Positions 52,212 through 60,542 of a stretch of 62,875 nt of DNA are shown here, one piece after another (within the stretch, counting starts at the first letter, position 1; every line of letters begins with the position of its first letter). The translations under genes were made by a program, and so were the position numbers. Below the pieces are notes generated by a model. The model had not been told where the DNA came from, did no database searches, and saw only the letters and a program-made list of their open reading frames with translations. The DNA is from a virus: IMG/VR virus record IMGVR_UViG_3300030739_000001. One strand, 5' to 3'.

Positions 52212-52519
52212 TCCAAATCAGCGGCATCGACCCGCCCGACCGTGAGTGCGCCCTGGTCTTCACGGGAGGTGAGTGGTCGGTCGGCATGGAGGTCGAGACG
52301 ACGGGGCGCCGCGTGTGGCGCGTGACCGAGGTGCGGCTCCTACCCAATAACCACGCTGCCGTCCGCATGGTGGAGCGGACGGTGAACGATCTCCGCTGGG
52401 TGCCGATCCCCCTGCACTTGCTCCAGCCCCGGAAGACAGCCGCGAACCAGCCCAAGCTGGACGCCGCGGCGCGGGCCGAACACCTGCGGTCGCTGCGCAA
52501 GCGCCGCGGAGGCTACTGA
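52208..52519 (+). CDS. Hypothetical protein (103 aa)
   Basis: Track ORF, ATGA overlap. Confidence 0.5.
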   Translation: MIQISGIDPPDRECALVFTGGEWSVGMEVETTGRRVWRVTEVRLLPNNHAAVRMVERTVNDLRWVPIPLHLLQPRKTAANQPKLDAAARAEHLRSLRKRRGGY

Positions 52520-52521
52520 CC

Positions 52522-52740
52522 ATGTGGAGCGACAGCGTCATGGAGGAGCACCTCAACTTGGACGGGCACCTTCGGCACACACGCGTGTCGGCCCGGTTCG
52601 CCCCGGACGGCCGCGTGGCCGAGATGCACCGCGTGGTTGAGTGGGAGATGTCGGATGCTCACTGGGTCGAGCACGCTGCGCCGTGGAGCCACCGACTGCA
52701 TGAAGCCACCGCGTGGGCGCGGCAGGCCGGGGTGCTCTAG
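52522..52740 (+). CDS. Hypothetical protein (72 aa)
   Basis: Track ORF. It is convergent with int, and the two stops share CTAG. Confidence 0.45.
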   Translation: MWSDSVMEEHLNLDGHLRHTRVSARFAPDGRVAEMHRVVEWEMSDAHWVEHAAPWSHRLHEATAWARQAGVL

Positions 52741-53906
52741 TCCGGCAGCCGCGCCGCGAGATCCTCGCCACGCAGCGAGGCGTAGCGCAGCGCCAGGTTG
52801 GTATTTGTCCAGCCCATCACGCGGCAGATGGCGATGTCGTCGTAGACCCACATGCCGCGCGGATCGCGCAGCTCGAACCACCGGCAGGTCGCCTCGTGGC
52901 GCAGGTCGTGCTCGGTGAAGTCGGGCAGGCCGGCGAAGTCGAACAGCACCGCGAACCGCCGCGACAGCCGCGCCGTGGTCTGCTTCAGCGTCAGGTCATC
53001 GTTCTCGCCGTTCCACAGCGTGGGGAACAGCAGGCCGCCCCGCTCAATCGCCGGTCGCAGCCGATCCACCAGCACGCGCTTCATCGGCACGGTGCGCGGC
53101 TTGATGACGCCGCGGTGCCCCTTCGTGCCATCCACGTGGATGACCCGCTTGTCGAGATCGACTTGGCCAGCCCGCAGCCGGTACGCCTCGCGCAGCCGCA
53201 GGCCGGTGTCCACGATTAGGTCGAACAGCATCGTGAACTCGGGGTCGACCGCCAGCGCGCGCTCGCGCCCCTCCCGCTTCTCGCCGGCCAGCGCGCGCCG
53301 CACCCGTGCCTCGCCGTCCGCGTCGAGCCGGTGGTCGCGCTGCCGATCGCGCTTCACCTCGAGGCCCTGCGCCGCCAGCACCTCCGCCTCGGGCTTGGTG
53401 TACAGGCTGTAGCCGTCGGGTAGCAGGTCGAACGGATTGGCCGGCACGCGCTCGCCGGCCGCCGTGGCACGGTTGAGGTGCCACTGCAGCACGCGCGACA
53501 GGACGCCCACGCGTTTGCGGATGCTGGACGGTGCGAGGTGGTGCTCGGGCTTGCGGAGGCCGGCGATGTAGCCCTCGGCCCAGGGGAACGTGATCCCGGA
53601 GATGCGCACCAGCGCCACCTCGCCGCGCACCACGCGCAGCAGGTCGGCGTCGGACGACGTGATGGGGGCGAGTTGCTCGTACTCGCTGATGACCTGGGTC
53701 AGCAACGGGTCGGTGCGCCGGCCTGGCGCCTCGGGCACCAAGAGCTCGGACGGCACCACGCCGCGCGCGAGCAGCGCCATCAACTTGTCGCCGTAGCCGC
53801 GCGCGTCGGCGTCGGACTCGGCGGTGTAGAAGAACGGCTTCTCCAGCAGGGCGTGCGTGACGCGCAGCTGGAACTTCGCGCCACGGCGCTGTACGTTGAT
53901 CCCCAT
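52737..53906 (-). CDS. int: Tyrosine integrase
   Basis: 389 aa. Contains ..GLRLREAYRL.., HDLRHEATC and ..LALRYASLRGEDL. It is adjacent to the tRNA fragment. Confidence 0.85.
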   Translation of the reverse strand: MGINVQRRGAKFQLRVTHALLEKPFFYTAESDADARGYGDKLMALLARGVVPSELLVPEAPGRRTDPLLTQVISEYEQLAPITSSDADLLRVVRGEVALVRISGITFPWAEGYIAGLRKPEHHLAPSSIRKRVGVLSRVLQWHLNRATAAGERVPANPFDLLPDGYSLYTKPEAEVLAAQGLEVKRDRQRDHRLDADGEARVRRALAGEKREGRERALAVDPEFTMLFDLIVDTGLRLREAYRLRAGQVDLDKRVIHVDGTKGHRGVIKPRTVPMKRVLVDRLRPAIERGGLLFPTLWNGENDDLTLKQTTARLSRRFAVLFDFAGLPDFTEHDLRHEATCRWFELRDPRGMWVYDDIAICRVMGWTNTNLALRYASLRGEDLAARLPD

Positions 53907-53993
53907 GGGCGCAGTCTAACCCGAGTAGACGCACTTATCGATCCGCTGCGTGGTAGCAACGCTACTAGATCACGGTAGCAGCCACGCGGTTTA

Positions 53994-54009
53994 CTTCGAC
54001 GTAACGAAG
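53994..54009 (-). promoter_or_regulatory. TTCGTT-box-like palindrome (CTTCGacgtaaCGAAG) upstream of int
   Basis: The minus strand reads tttgCTTCGTTACGTCGAAGtaaa. Confidence 0.3.
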
Positions 54010-54010
54010 C

Positions 54011-54040
54011 AAATGAAAACGCCCCGTTTGTGCGGGGCGT
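54011..54040 (-). terminator. Rho-independent terminator following the tRNA 3' fragment
   Basis: The minus strand reads ACGCCCCG-cacaaa-CGGGGCGT followed by TTTTCATTT. Confidence 0.7.
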
Positions 54041-54144
54041 CTAAGTCGTTGATTTCATTAGCGTTTTTGGAGGCGCGACCCAGAGTCGAACTGGGCTAGA
54101 CGGATTTGCAATCCGACCGCCCTGTTATAAATCAACGACTTAGG
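54041..54144 (-). mobile_element. attP region: the 3' 48 nt of tRNA-Cys(GCA) at 54068-54115, flanked by 15-bp perfect inverted repeats that match the IHF consensus
   Basis: The minus strand reads CGGATTGCAAATCCGTCTAGCCCAGTTCGACTCTGGGTCGCGCCTCCA, which is anticodon stem-loop, T-arm and acceptor 3' with CCA. No matching 5' half is present. The inverted repeats are CTAAGTCGTTGATTT at 54041-55 and AAATCAACGACTTAG at 54130-44. Confidence 0.7.
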
Positions 54145-54160
54145 GGCGTGCTACCGAACG

Positions 54161-54538
54161 CTACGGGGCGAACCGGACGAGGCAATCGGAGAAGGCCCGG
54201 CGCTCGCCGCTCGTGTCGATGAACTTGGCGAGGTGCGACTCGAGCAGGCTGGCGGCGCCCGAGTCCAGAACGTCCACGCTGACCAGCACCGTGTGCCCTG
54301 TGGACGCCTCGACGCGGTAGCCGTCGCTGCGCCGCGCCTGCGCGGAGGTGATGTTCGTGAGCATCCCGTGCGCTCGCTGGAACCCGTCGGCCACGCAGTC
54401 GGCGAACCGCGCCGCCACCTGCGGGGGCACCTGGCCGGACCGCGTGGCGTCGAACGCGCCCGGTGTTTCGCGGGTCGGTGGCGCGGCGCAGCCGGCGACG
54501 GCCAGGAGGATGGGTAGCGTGAGGACGGCGGTTTTCAT
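54161..54538 (-). CDS. Lipoprotein next to attP, at the position of a moron
   Basis: MKTAVLTLPILLAVAGCAAPP carries a lipobox. Confidence 0.65.
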   Translation of the reverse strand: MKTAVLTLPILLAVAGCAAPPTRETPGAFDATRSGQVPPQVAARFADCVADGFQRAHGMLTNITSAQARRSDGYRVEASTGHTVLVSVDVLDSGAASLLESHLAKFIDTSGERRAFSDCLVRFAP

Positions 54539-54548
54539 GCCGCAGAGT

Positions 54549-55109
54549 CTACGCCTCGCAGCGGCCGATCAGCGCGGCGAAATCGAGCGGGTTCTTGGCA
54601 CCTTTGCGCATATTGCACGTCGGGCACGAGATGACTAGGTTGCTGATCGCGTGGGTGCCGCCTCGTGCGAGCGGGAAATAGTGGTCGACGTGGTACGCGA
54701 CCGCGCACGGTTTGCGGCACCAATAGCAGACCTTCTCCTGCGCCCGCTCCCACGCGTGGATCGCTGCGGTGGAGTCCCCGCCCTCCTCGTGCTGCCGGCG
54801 CCGCGCCTTGTAGGACTTGGAGATCGAGCGCCTGGCGCTGCGATTGTTACAGGCCCACTCCGCGGCTGCCGCTTTGCGCGCCTCGACGTTTGCTTGATAC
54901 CGCGCTCGGCCCTGCTTGCTGATCTTCTCGACGTTGGCCTTGACGCGGCGCCGGTCGTACTCCTTCTTCGCGACCGACGAGGAGATCGCCTTCTCGCACG
55001 CGATACAGGTGCCGAAGCTGGCGCGGCGCAGGCCAGGGTGCCCCTTCGGGCAGGGCCGTCCGGTGTAGAACGGTTCGCCGTCTGCCAGCGCCTGCGCGCG
55101 AGACTTCAC
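54549..55109 (-). CDS. HNH endonuclease (type B)
   Basis: GTG start in a GTGA overlap (VKSRAQALADGEPFY). Contains HVDHYFPLARGGTHAISNLVISCPTCNMRKG. The track ORF is over-extended to 55484. Confidence 0.7.
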   Translation of the reverse strand: MKSRAQALADGEPFYTGRPCPKGHPGLRRASFGTCIACEKAISSSVAKKEYDRRRVKANVEKISKQGRARYQANVEARKAAAAEWACNNRSARRSISKSYKARRRQHEEGGDSTAAIHAWERAQEKVCYWCRKPCAVAYHVDHYFPLARGGTHAISNLVISCPTCNMRKGAKNPLDFAALIGRCEA

Positions 55110-56266
55110 AACATGCCCACGTCGCAGCGGTGGCGCTCGATCTCGCCGAACTTGCGATGGTGGACGATCAGCTGCATGTCGCGGCCGGCGCGGTAGCCCT
55201 GGCCCTGGTGCCATGCGTCCCGCGCGGCGAGCGTGCGGACATACTCGACGATCACGCCGGGGTATTCCTTCACATCCTTGTGGTGGACGTGGCCAACGTA
55301 CCAGTAGCGGTGCGTGGTCGCACCCCACTCCTTCGGCTTGTCGGCCGCCATCACGGCGCCCATGTCCTTGCCCTTGATCGTGTCGCCGTGGGTCGAGCCG
55401 ATGTTCACCGCGCCGAAGCGGTAGTACCAGCACACCGAGGGCGACAGGTCCACCTTGACTCGCGGGTCCTCGTGGAAGTAGCACGACAACATCAGGGACA
55501 GCGCATAGGATGAGTGCCCATCGTGGTTGCCCTTGTTGATGCGCACGATCACGGTGGAGTGCTTCTCCAGCATGCGGCGAATGCAGTGGATCATGGCGCG
55601 CAGGCCGACTTGCTGCACGAGTGGCCAGCGGCCGTCCACGTCGAGTTGGTGGCCCGACTGGGTCACGTTCTTCTGGTTGTCCGCGTGGAACATGTCCCCC
55701 AGGTTGAGCAGCAGCCCGGTCGAGCCTTCCGGGGCAGACGCCACGAGGCGATCAACCGCATCGCAGGTGAGCTTCTCCGCGAGCTTCAGGTCGAAGTCCG
55801 CGCCCGCGTCCTGCCACCACGCGTACATGCCGAAATGCGGGTCACCCCACGGGTAGACGCTCAGCAGGTCTTTTGCCTGGCCGGCGGGCGCCTTGGAGAT
55901 CGGCGCCAGGCCCTTGACGCCCTCGCTCAGCGTGGCCGCAAACGTCTGCAGCATCGCGGCCTGGCGCTCGGCGTCGGGCGACTGGCGCTCCCACGTGCGC
56001 TCGACCTTGCCGGCGTCATCGCGCTGGACCGTCACCTTGCCCATCAGGTAGCCGGGCGCCGTGCCGCTGTTGAAGTGGCCGGGCGCCTTGCCGCGACGCG
56101 CGGCGATCTCCGCCAGCGACTCGAGCGACTGGATGTTGCGCGAGATGCCGCTGTGGTGGATCCCGAGCTGGTCGGCCGCGGCGCGCGCGCTGCCGTGCTC
56201 CTTGACGGAGGCGAGCAGTTCGACCTGGCGTTCAGTGGCGAAAGGGATCAGGTGGTCGAGATTCAT
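55106..56266 (-). CDS. N-terminal HTH fused to a calcineurin-like metallophosphoesterase
   Basis: Start MNLDHLIPFATERQVELL at 56266 in an ATGA overlap. The metallophosphoesterase motifs GDPHFG, GDMFH, GNHD and GHVHH are present. Confidence 0.7.
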   Translation of the reverse strand: MNLDHLIPFATERQVELLASVKEHGSARAAADQLGIHHSGISRNIQSLESLAEIAARRGKAPGHFNSGTAPGYLMGKVTVQRDDAGKVERTWERQSPDAERQAAMLQTFAATLSEGVKGLAPISKAPAGQAKDLLSVYPWGDPHFGMYAWWQDAGADFDLKLAEKLTCDAVDRLVASAPEGSTGLLLNLGDMFHADNQKNVTQSGHQLDVDGRWPLVQQVGLRAMIHCIRRMLEKHSTVIVRINKGNHDGHSSYALSLMLSCYFHEDPRVKVDLSPSVCWYYRFGAVNIGSTHGDTIKGKDMGAVMAADKPKEWGATTHRYWYVGHVHHKDVKEYPGVIVEYVRTLAARDAWHQGQGYRAGRDMQLIVHHRKFGEIERHRCDVGML

Positions 56267-56682
56267 GTGATGCGCTTTCGCCAGTACAGGGCCCCGGACG
56301 CGGCCCAGGGCTTGGAGGGGGAGAACAGACGGAAGCCAGCGCGGGTCAAGCTGTTCCCGCTGGCCGGGTTGTCGAAGGTGTCGGTGATGAGCCAGCGCAT
56401 GCCGAGCGCGCGGGCCTTGCGCTCGCGCACCGTGATGAGCCGGCGCTGCAGGCCCTTGCCGCGGTGCGAGGCGACCACGCCTGCGCGGCACAGGTACGCG
56501 GCGTCAGCCCATTTCGAGCTGCGCGTCAGGCCGGCGAACGCCACGGGCTTGCAGCCGTCGTGGGCGAGCCACCACCAGCCGCCCCGCGTGGACATCGGCG
56601 TGTCCCCGGGCAACGTGGCGATCTGCAGCGCGCGGAGAATCGCCTCCTGCGCGCCGCCGTCGGTTGCCCGAATCGTGGTCAT
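56263..56682 (-). CDS. GNAT-family N-acetyltransferase
   Basis: MTTIRATDGG..VVASHRGKGLQRRLI.., in an ATGA overlap. Confidence 0.6.
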   Translation of the reverse strand: MTTIRATDGGAQEAILRALQIATLPGDTPMSTRGGWWWLAHDGCKPVAFAGLTRSSKWADAAYLCRAGVVASHRGKGLQRRLITVRERKARALGMRWLITDTFDNPASGNSLTRAGFRLFSPSKPWAASGALYWRKRIT

Positions 56683-57266
56683 GCAGCGACCAGCGCGGCG
56701 ACCACGCGGTCGATCATGTGGTCCTCGACGTTGGGGCACGGCAGCGTGGCGTGCCCGATGCGGTGCAGCGGCGCCGGGTGCTGCCAAGCATCGAGCAGGC
56801 GCGGCACCATCGGCACGATGTCCTCGCCGTTCTGCGTGAGGTAGAGCGTGACGCCGTGTGCGGCGAACAGGGCGGCCAGCGTGCCATCGCAGCTCGTGCG
56901 CGGCGGCTCGAACGCGTAGACCGCCTTGGGCGGCTTGCCGGCCTGACACAGCGCGGCGGCGTACAGGATGGCCAGCGCGGCGCCCTCGCTGTGGCCCAGC
57001 GTGACCACCACGTCGGTGCGCAGCATGAGCGGTGCGGAGATCATGTCGAAGGCGCACCAGAACCCGGAGTGCAGCTTGCCGAGGCCCGGAACGTAGGTCG
57101 TGCCTGCGTCCAGATCCGCGAGCCAGCACGCGAGGTTGTTGGTGCCCGGGAAGCCGATCACGCCCTGACCGAAGTCAACGGCGCGCGCGGCGGTGTCCTC
57201 GCTGCCGATGGTGGGCGGTGTGCTGTAGGCACGCGCGGCCAACCTGGCGTAGTCGGCCGGGGTCAT
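56679..57266 (-). CDS. Class-3-lipase-like alpha/beta hydrolase
   Basis: Starts MTPADYARLAARAY. Contains the nucleophile elbow GHSEGAA, then NGEDIVPMVP and EDH. No signal peptide is seen. Confidence 0.6.
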   Translation of the reverse strand: MTPADYARLAARAYSTPPTIGSEDTAARAVDFGQGVIGFPGTNNLACWLADLDAGTTYVPGLGKLHSGFWCAFDMISAPLMLRTDVVVTLGHSEGAALAILYAAALCQAGKPPKAVYAFEPPRTSCDGTLAALFAAHGVTLYLTQNGEDIVPMVPRLLDAWQHPAPLHRIGHATLPCPNVEDHMIDRVVAALVAA

Positions 57267-57676
57267 CAGACGCTCACGATGTACGGAATGCGCGCGACGC
57301 TGACCTTGACGGCACTGGCGACCGGCGCAGGCACGGGCACCTTGGTCTTGCGCGCGGCCAGTTGCTCCACGAGCGCGGCGATCTGACCCGTGGCCCCGGC
57401 GAACGCGGTGGCGGTGTTGGCCGCGAAGGTGCCGCTCGGATTGGCGCACACGGGGTCGATCACGAGGCGCGCGTCGGCGACCGTCACGCGCTCGGCCGGC
57501 GTGGCGAGGCCGGGCACGGCCAGCAGCACGTCGAGCTGCGGGCGCACGGTGGCGTCCACGAGGCACGCCTGCGTGATGGCCTGGACGCCGCCAGCGTCAG
57601 GCGCCACGGTGGTACAGGCCGCGGCGGGGATGGCGAGGATCGCGACGAGCGCGAAGCGGAAGATGGAACGGGTCAT
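57266..57676 (-). CDS. Lipoprotein; possible o-spanin-like lysis component
   Basis: MTRSIFRFALVAILAIPAAACTT carries a lipobox. AAGGAG RBS. Confidence 0.55.
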   Translation of the reverse strand: MTRSIFRFALVAILAIPAAACTTVAPDAGGVQAITQACLVDATVRPQLDVLLAVPGLATPAERVTVADARLVIDPVCANPSGTFAANTATAFAGATGQIAALVEQLAARKTKVPVPAPVASAVKVSVARIPYIVSV

Positions 57677-57686
57677 GGGATCTCCT

Positions 57687-57953
57687 TTAGGGGGTGAGGG
57701 TTGGGTCGAACGGGACAGTCACGGACGGCTGCGGCTTGGCAGGCGTGGCCGGAACGAGGGGCGGCGCGGGCGGCGGCGGCGCAGCGGCTGCAGGCATCTC
57801 GCGCAGCGCCAAGGCGACCACGCCCCCGACCACGGTGATGTGCAGCTTGAGGAAATCGCCGCGCTGCGACGGGTCGAGGTAGACCATGACGGCCCACCCG
57901 ATGTAGCCGACGATGCCGAGCGCGACGAGGACGAAGAATTTGGATCGGGTCAT
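57687..57953 (-). CDS. Two-TM membrane protein with a Pro-rich tail; holin or spanin candidate
   Basis: MTRSKFFVLVALGIVGYIGWAVMVY.., in an ATGA overlap with the endolysin stop. Confidence 0.5.
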   Translation of the reverse strand: MTRSKFFVLVALGIVGYIGWAVMVYLDPSQRGDFLKLHITVVGGVVALALREMPAAAAPPPPAPPLVPATPAKPQPSVTVPFDPTLTP

Positions 57954-58576
57954 GCGGGGGTGCTCCAGTTGAGATTCAGGCCGGCGTCGCTCAGCGCGGC
58001 GCGGCGTTGCGCTTGCAGCATCGCCTTGCCGTTGAACGCCAGCGTGATGCCGTCCCAGTCGTGCTTGTCGGCGAGCGCGTTGCAGCCGCGCGACTGGAAG
58101 AACCACGCGGCGGTGAGCGCGGCGTCCGGCGGCTGCGCCACGAGCTCGGGCTGCGCGGCGTAGGGGCGCAGCAGCGCGACGGCCGCCGTCATGTAGTCAG
58201 CGCGGCCCGTGAGCTGCGCGATGCCGCGGCCGATGAAGCGCCAGCCGTCGCCAGACGAGGCGTTGCCGTTGCCCATGCGGTTGGAGTAGACGGCTTGCGC
58301 GAGCCCCTCCGGGTTCTGCACGAGCAGCTTCGCGTCGGCAAGCGTGGCCACCTCGCGCGGGAAGATCGCCAGGATGCGGGCCGGGTCGTCGTAATACATG
58401 CTCTCGGTCAGATTGGCGAAGTCGTTGGACTCCACGCGGCACTGAGCGGTGAAGGCGGCGGCGCGGGCCGACGTGTTGATCTGGAACTTGGCGGCTGCGG
58501 CGTCGAGCAGCGGCGCCCACGTGGAGGCGCGGGCTTCGGTGAGGCCGAGGGCGACGAGGTTGGCTGCGGAGATCAT
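57950..58576 (-). CDS. Endolysin, glycoside hydrolase family 19-like
   Basis: Reads ..FTAQCRVESNDFANLTE..GRGIAQLTGRADY.. Confidence 0.7.
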   Translation of the reverse strand: MISAANLVALGLTEARASTWAPLLDAAAAKFQINTSARAAAFTAQCRVESNDFANLTESMYYDDPARILAIFPREVATLADAKLLVQNPEGLAQAVYSNRMGNGNASSGDGWRFIGRGIAQLTGRADYMTAAVALLRPYAAQPELVAQPPDAALTAAWFFQSRGCNALADKHDWDGITLAFNGKAMLQAQRRAALSDAGLNLNWSTPA

Positions 58577-58875
58577 CGGCCGCCCCGCTCGATGATTCGA
58601 TCCAGCTTGGCGTCCATGTTCTGCAACTGCTGGCGCAGGAGATCAAGGGCTGCCTTGTTCTGGTCGTCCTGGCGCTGGTCGCGCTCGGCCTGCGCCGCGC
58701 GGCCGTCGACGCGGGACTGCTCCAGCACGGTGAGCCGCGTGTCCTGCCGGCCCATGTACATCGTGAACGCGACGCACTGGATGATGATGGCGAAGATCAT
58801 CCCGATGGGCACCTTCTTGTCGAGGTGCCAGCCCGAGGGGCTCGCCTCGTCGTCACGGTGATTGTTGGGCGGCAC
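58573..58875 (-). CDS. Single-TM protein with a C-terminal coiled coil; holin or i-spanin-like
   Basis: GTG start with a GGAG RBS. Reads ..VPIGMIFAIIIQCVAFTMYM.. It is the first gene after the promoter at 58901-58929. Confidence 0.5.
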   Translation of the reverse strand: MPPNNHRDDEASPSGWHLDKKVPIGMIFAIIIQCVAFTMYMGRQDTRLTVLEQSRVDGRAAQAERDQRQDDQNKAALDLLRQQLQNMDAKLDRIIERGGR

Positions 58876-58900
58876 AGGGGCTCCTAGGGAATGGTGCAGA

Positions 58901-58929
58901 GTCTATCTGCTTCGTTTTAACGAAGTCAA
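58901..58929 (-). promoter_or_regulatory. Promoter-like element TTGACT-N17-ATAGAC with a palindromic box, upstream of the lysis operon
   Basis: The minus strand reads cTTGACTTCGTTAAAACGAAGCAGATAGACtct. Confidence 0.55.
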
Positions 58930-58934
58930 GCCGA

Positions 58935-60542
58935 CTAGCGCTTGAAGATCGTGAAACGCCGGGCGTTGATGACCCCTGGGCTGGCCCCTGCAGAGGAGAA
59001 CGCGCCATTCACAAAGACCTGCAGCTGCGTGAGGCTGGCATTGTTGATCTTCAGCCAACCCGTCACGAGGATTCGACCCGTCATCGAGTCAGGGAGCACC
59101 CCGGTCGCCTCGGTCGTCTCTCCCGCCGTAGCCTGGCCGTACGCGCCTGAGCTGTTGCTCTGCAGCGTCAGGCTCACCGCACCGAGCCCGGAGTTGTTGG
59201 CGTTCGACCAGTCAACCTCGGCCGCGAAGCAAATTTCGTCCCCTTGGACGAGTCCGAGGGAAGTCAAGGTGCCGTTCCAGATCGGCGCCACGCTCACGGA
59301 GTCGTTCGCAGCGGCGGGCTGAACGATCAACTGAACCTTGCAGCCCTTGCCGTCATTGGGGTCGAAGATGGAGCAGGTTGCGGTCGGACTGCCGACACCT
59401 CGCAGTCCTTCCCATCCAGGGGGCAGGCCGCCGCTCGAGGCGAGGCCGCCGCTCGAGGGCGGCAGGTAGTTCAATTGCCCGACGGAGCCTGCGCCCGTCG
59501 ATGCGGTGACTCCGGTGGCGAAGATGCCCCCGTTGGTCGTGACCCACGGTCCCTTGAGGAGGAACTTGGCGTGGCCGTTGACGCTGCCGGTGTCGGTGGC
59601 GCTGGTAGGCAGCAGCACGGGGGCCGTCACCCACGCGGACATCGCCGTCTGCACCGCGGTCGCCATGATGATCGCGCCCGCCGCCGTCGGGTGCAGGCCG
59701 TCCGAGATCACGTAGTGCGGGTAGGCACACAGGTTAACCGGGTCATACATCGGCGTGAACGTGTCCGCGTACACCGTCTTCGTCGGCGTCGAGGCACATC
59801 CAGCCTTGATGAGGGCGTTCAGCGTCTGAATGCCATTGGCGCCCGTGCCGTTCACGGTGGCGTAGGCGGACCCCGTGAACGCTGTGCCGACCGGCGTTAC
59901 CGCGCAGACGACCACCGGTACGCCCGCCGTGATGCATTGCTGGATCAGCGCGTTGATGCTGCTCCAGACTGTCGCCGCGGACACGCCACCGTTGTGGATG
60001 TCGTTGGTGCCCGTCATCAGGATCACCATGCTCGGGCTGCGGGACAGCGCATAAGCCAACTGCGCCGACATCGCGCTCGCGAGCTGCCCACCGTGACCGT
60101 AGTTGCCGCCGAACTCGATGCCGCCTTGGAACAGCGACTTCAGGTTCAAGAAGATGCCGCGCCCCGTGAAGCGGTCCCACAGCGTCATCGCGCCGAACGT
60201 GCCGGCCGTCGTCGTGCCCGCCGCCAATCCCGCCTCCGCGATGCTGATGCTGGAGGCGTTGTAGGTGTTCCGGCCGGCCAGTTCGTAGGCCGAGTTGTTG
60301 AGGTTGTTGAGGTAGACCTCGGGGTTGCCGTACGCCTGGTTGGAGACCGTCGCGGTGAGGTTTCCCGCGCCATCCGACGTGATCGTCGTGCCGCTGGCGA
60401 CTGCGGTCTGCACATTCCCATACGCGGTGATCGAGTCCCCGACCAGTGCGATGGTCGGGGCGACGAGCGGGGACGGCCAGGTCGGCGTCGCGGCGCCCAT
60501 GGCCGCCAAGCACGCAGCCAGCACATACTTGTTCGCGCCCAT
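58935..60542 (-). CDS. SGNH/GDSL hydrolase with an N-terminal hydrophobic leader and a C-terminal beta-rich domain
   Basis: The likely ATG is at 60542 in a TAATG overlap ([16 protein letters not shown]). The blocks LVGDSIT, GTNDI and DGLHPT are present. Confidence 0.7.
   Translation of the reverse strand: MGANKYVLAACLAAMGAATPTWPSPLVAPTIALVGDSITAYGNVQTAVASGTTITSDGAGNLTATVSNQAYGNPEVYLNNLNNSAYELAGRNTYNASSISIAEAGLAAGTTTAGTFGAMTLWDRFTGRGIFLNLKSLFQGGIEFGGNYGHGGQLASAMSAQLAYALSRSPSMVILMTGTNDIHNGGVSAATVWSSINALIQQCITAGVPVVVCAVTPVGTAFTGSAYATVNGTGANGIQTLNALIKAGCASTPTKTVYADTFTPMYDPVNLCAYPHYVISDGLHPTAAGAIIMATAVQTAMSAWVTAPVLLPTSATDTGSVNGHAKFLLKGPWVTTNGGIFATGVTASTGAGSVGQLNYLPPSSGGLASSGGLPPGWEGLRGVGSPTATCSIFDPNDGKGCKVQLIVQPAAANDSVSVAPIWNGTLTSLGLVQGDEICFAAEVDWSNANNSGLGAVSLTLQSNSSGAYGQATAGETTEATGVLPDSMTGRILVTGWLKINNASLTQLQVFVNGAFSSAGASPGVINARRFTIFKR

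Noticed and set aside
54061-54140. A complete phage-encoded tRNA-Cys gene.
   Set aside because: Only the anticodon stem through the CCA end is tRNA-like. The 5' side (agtcgttgatttataacagggcggt) cannot pair with the acceptor 3' strand, so this is an att fragment.
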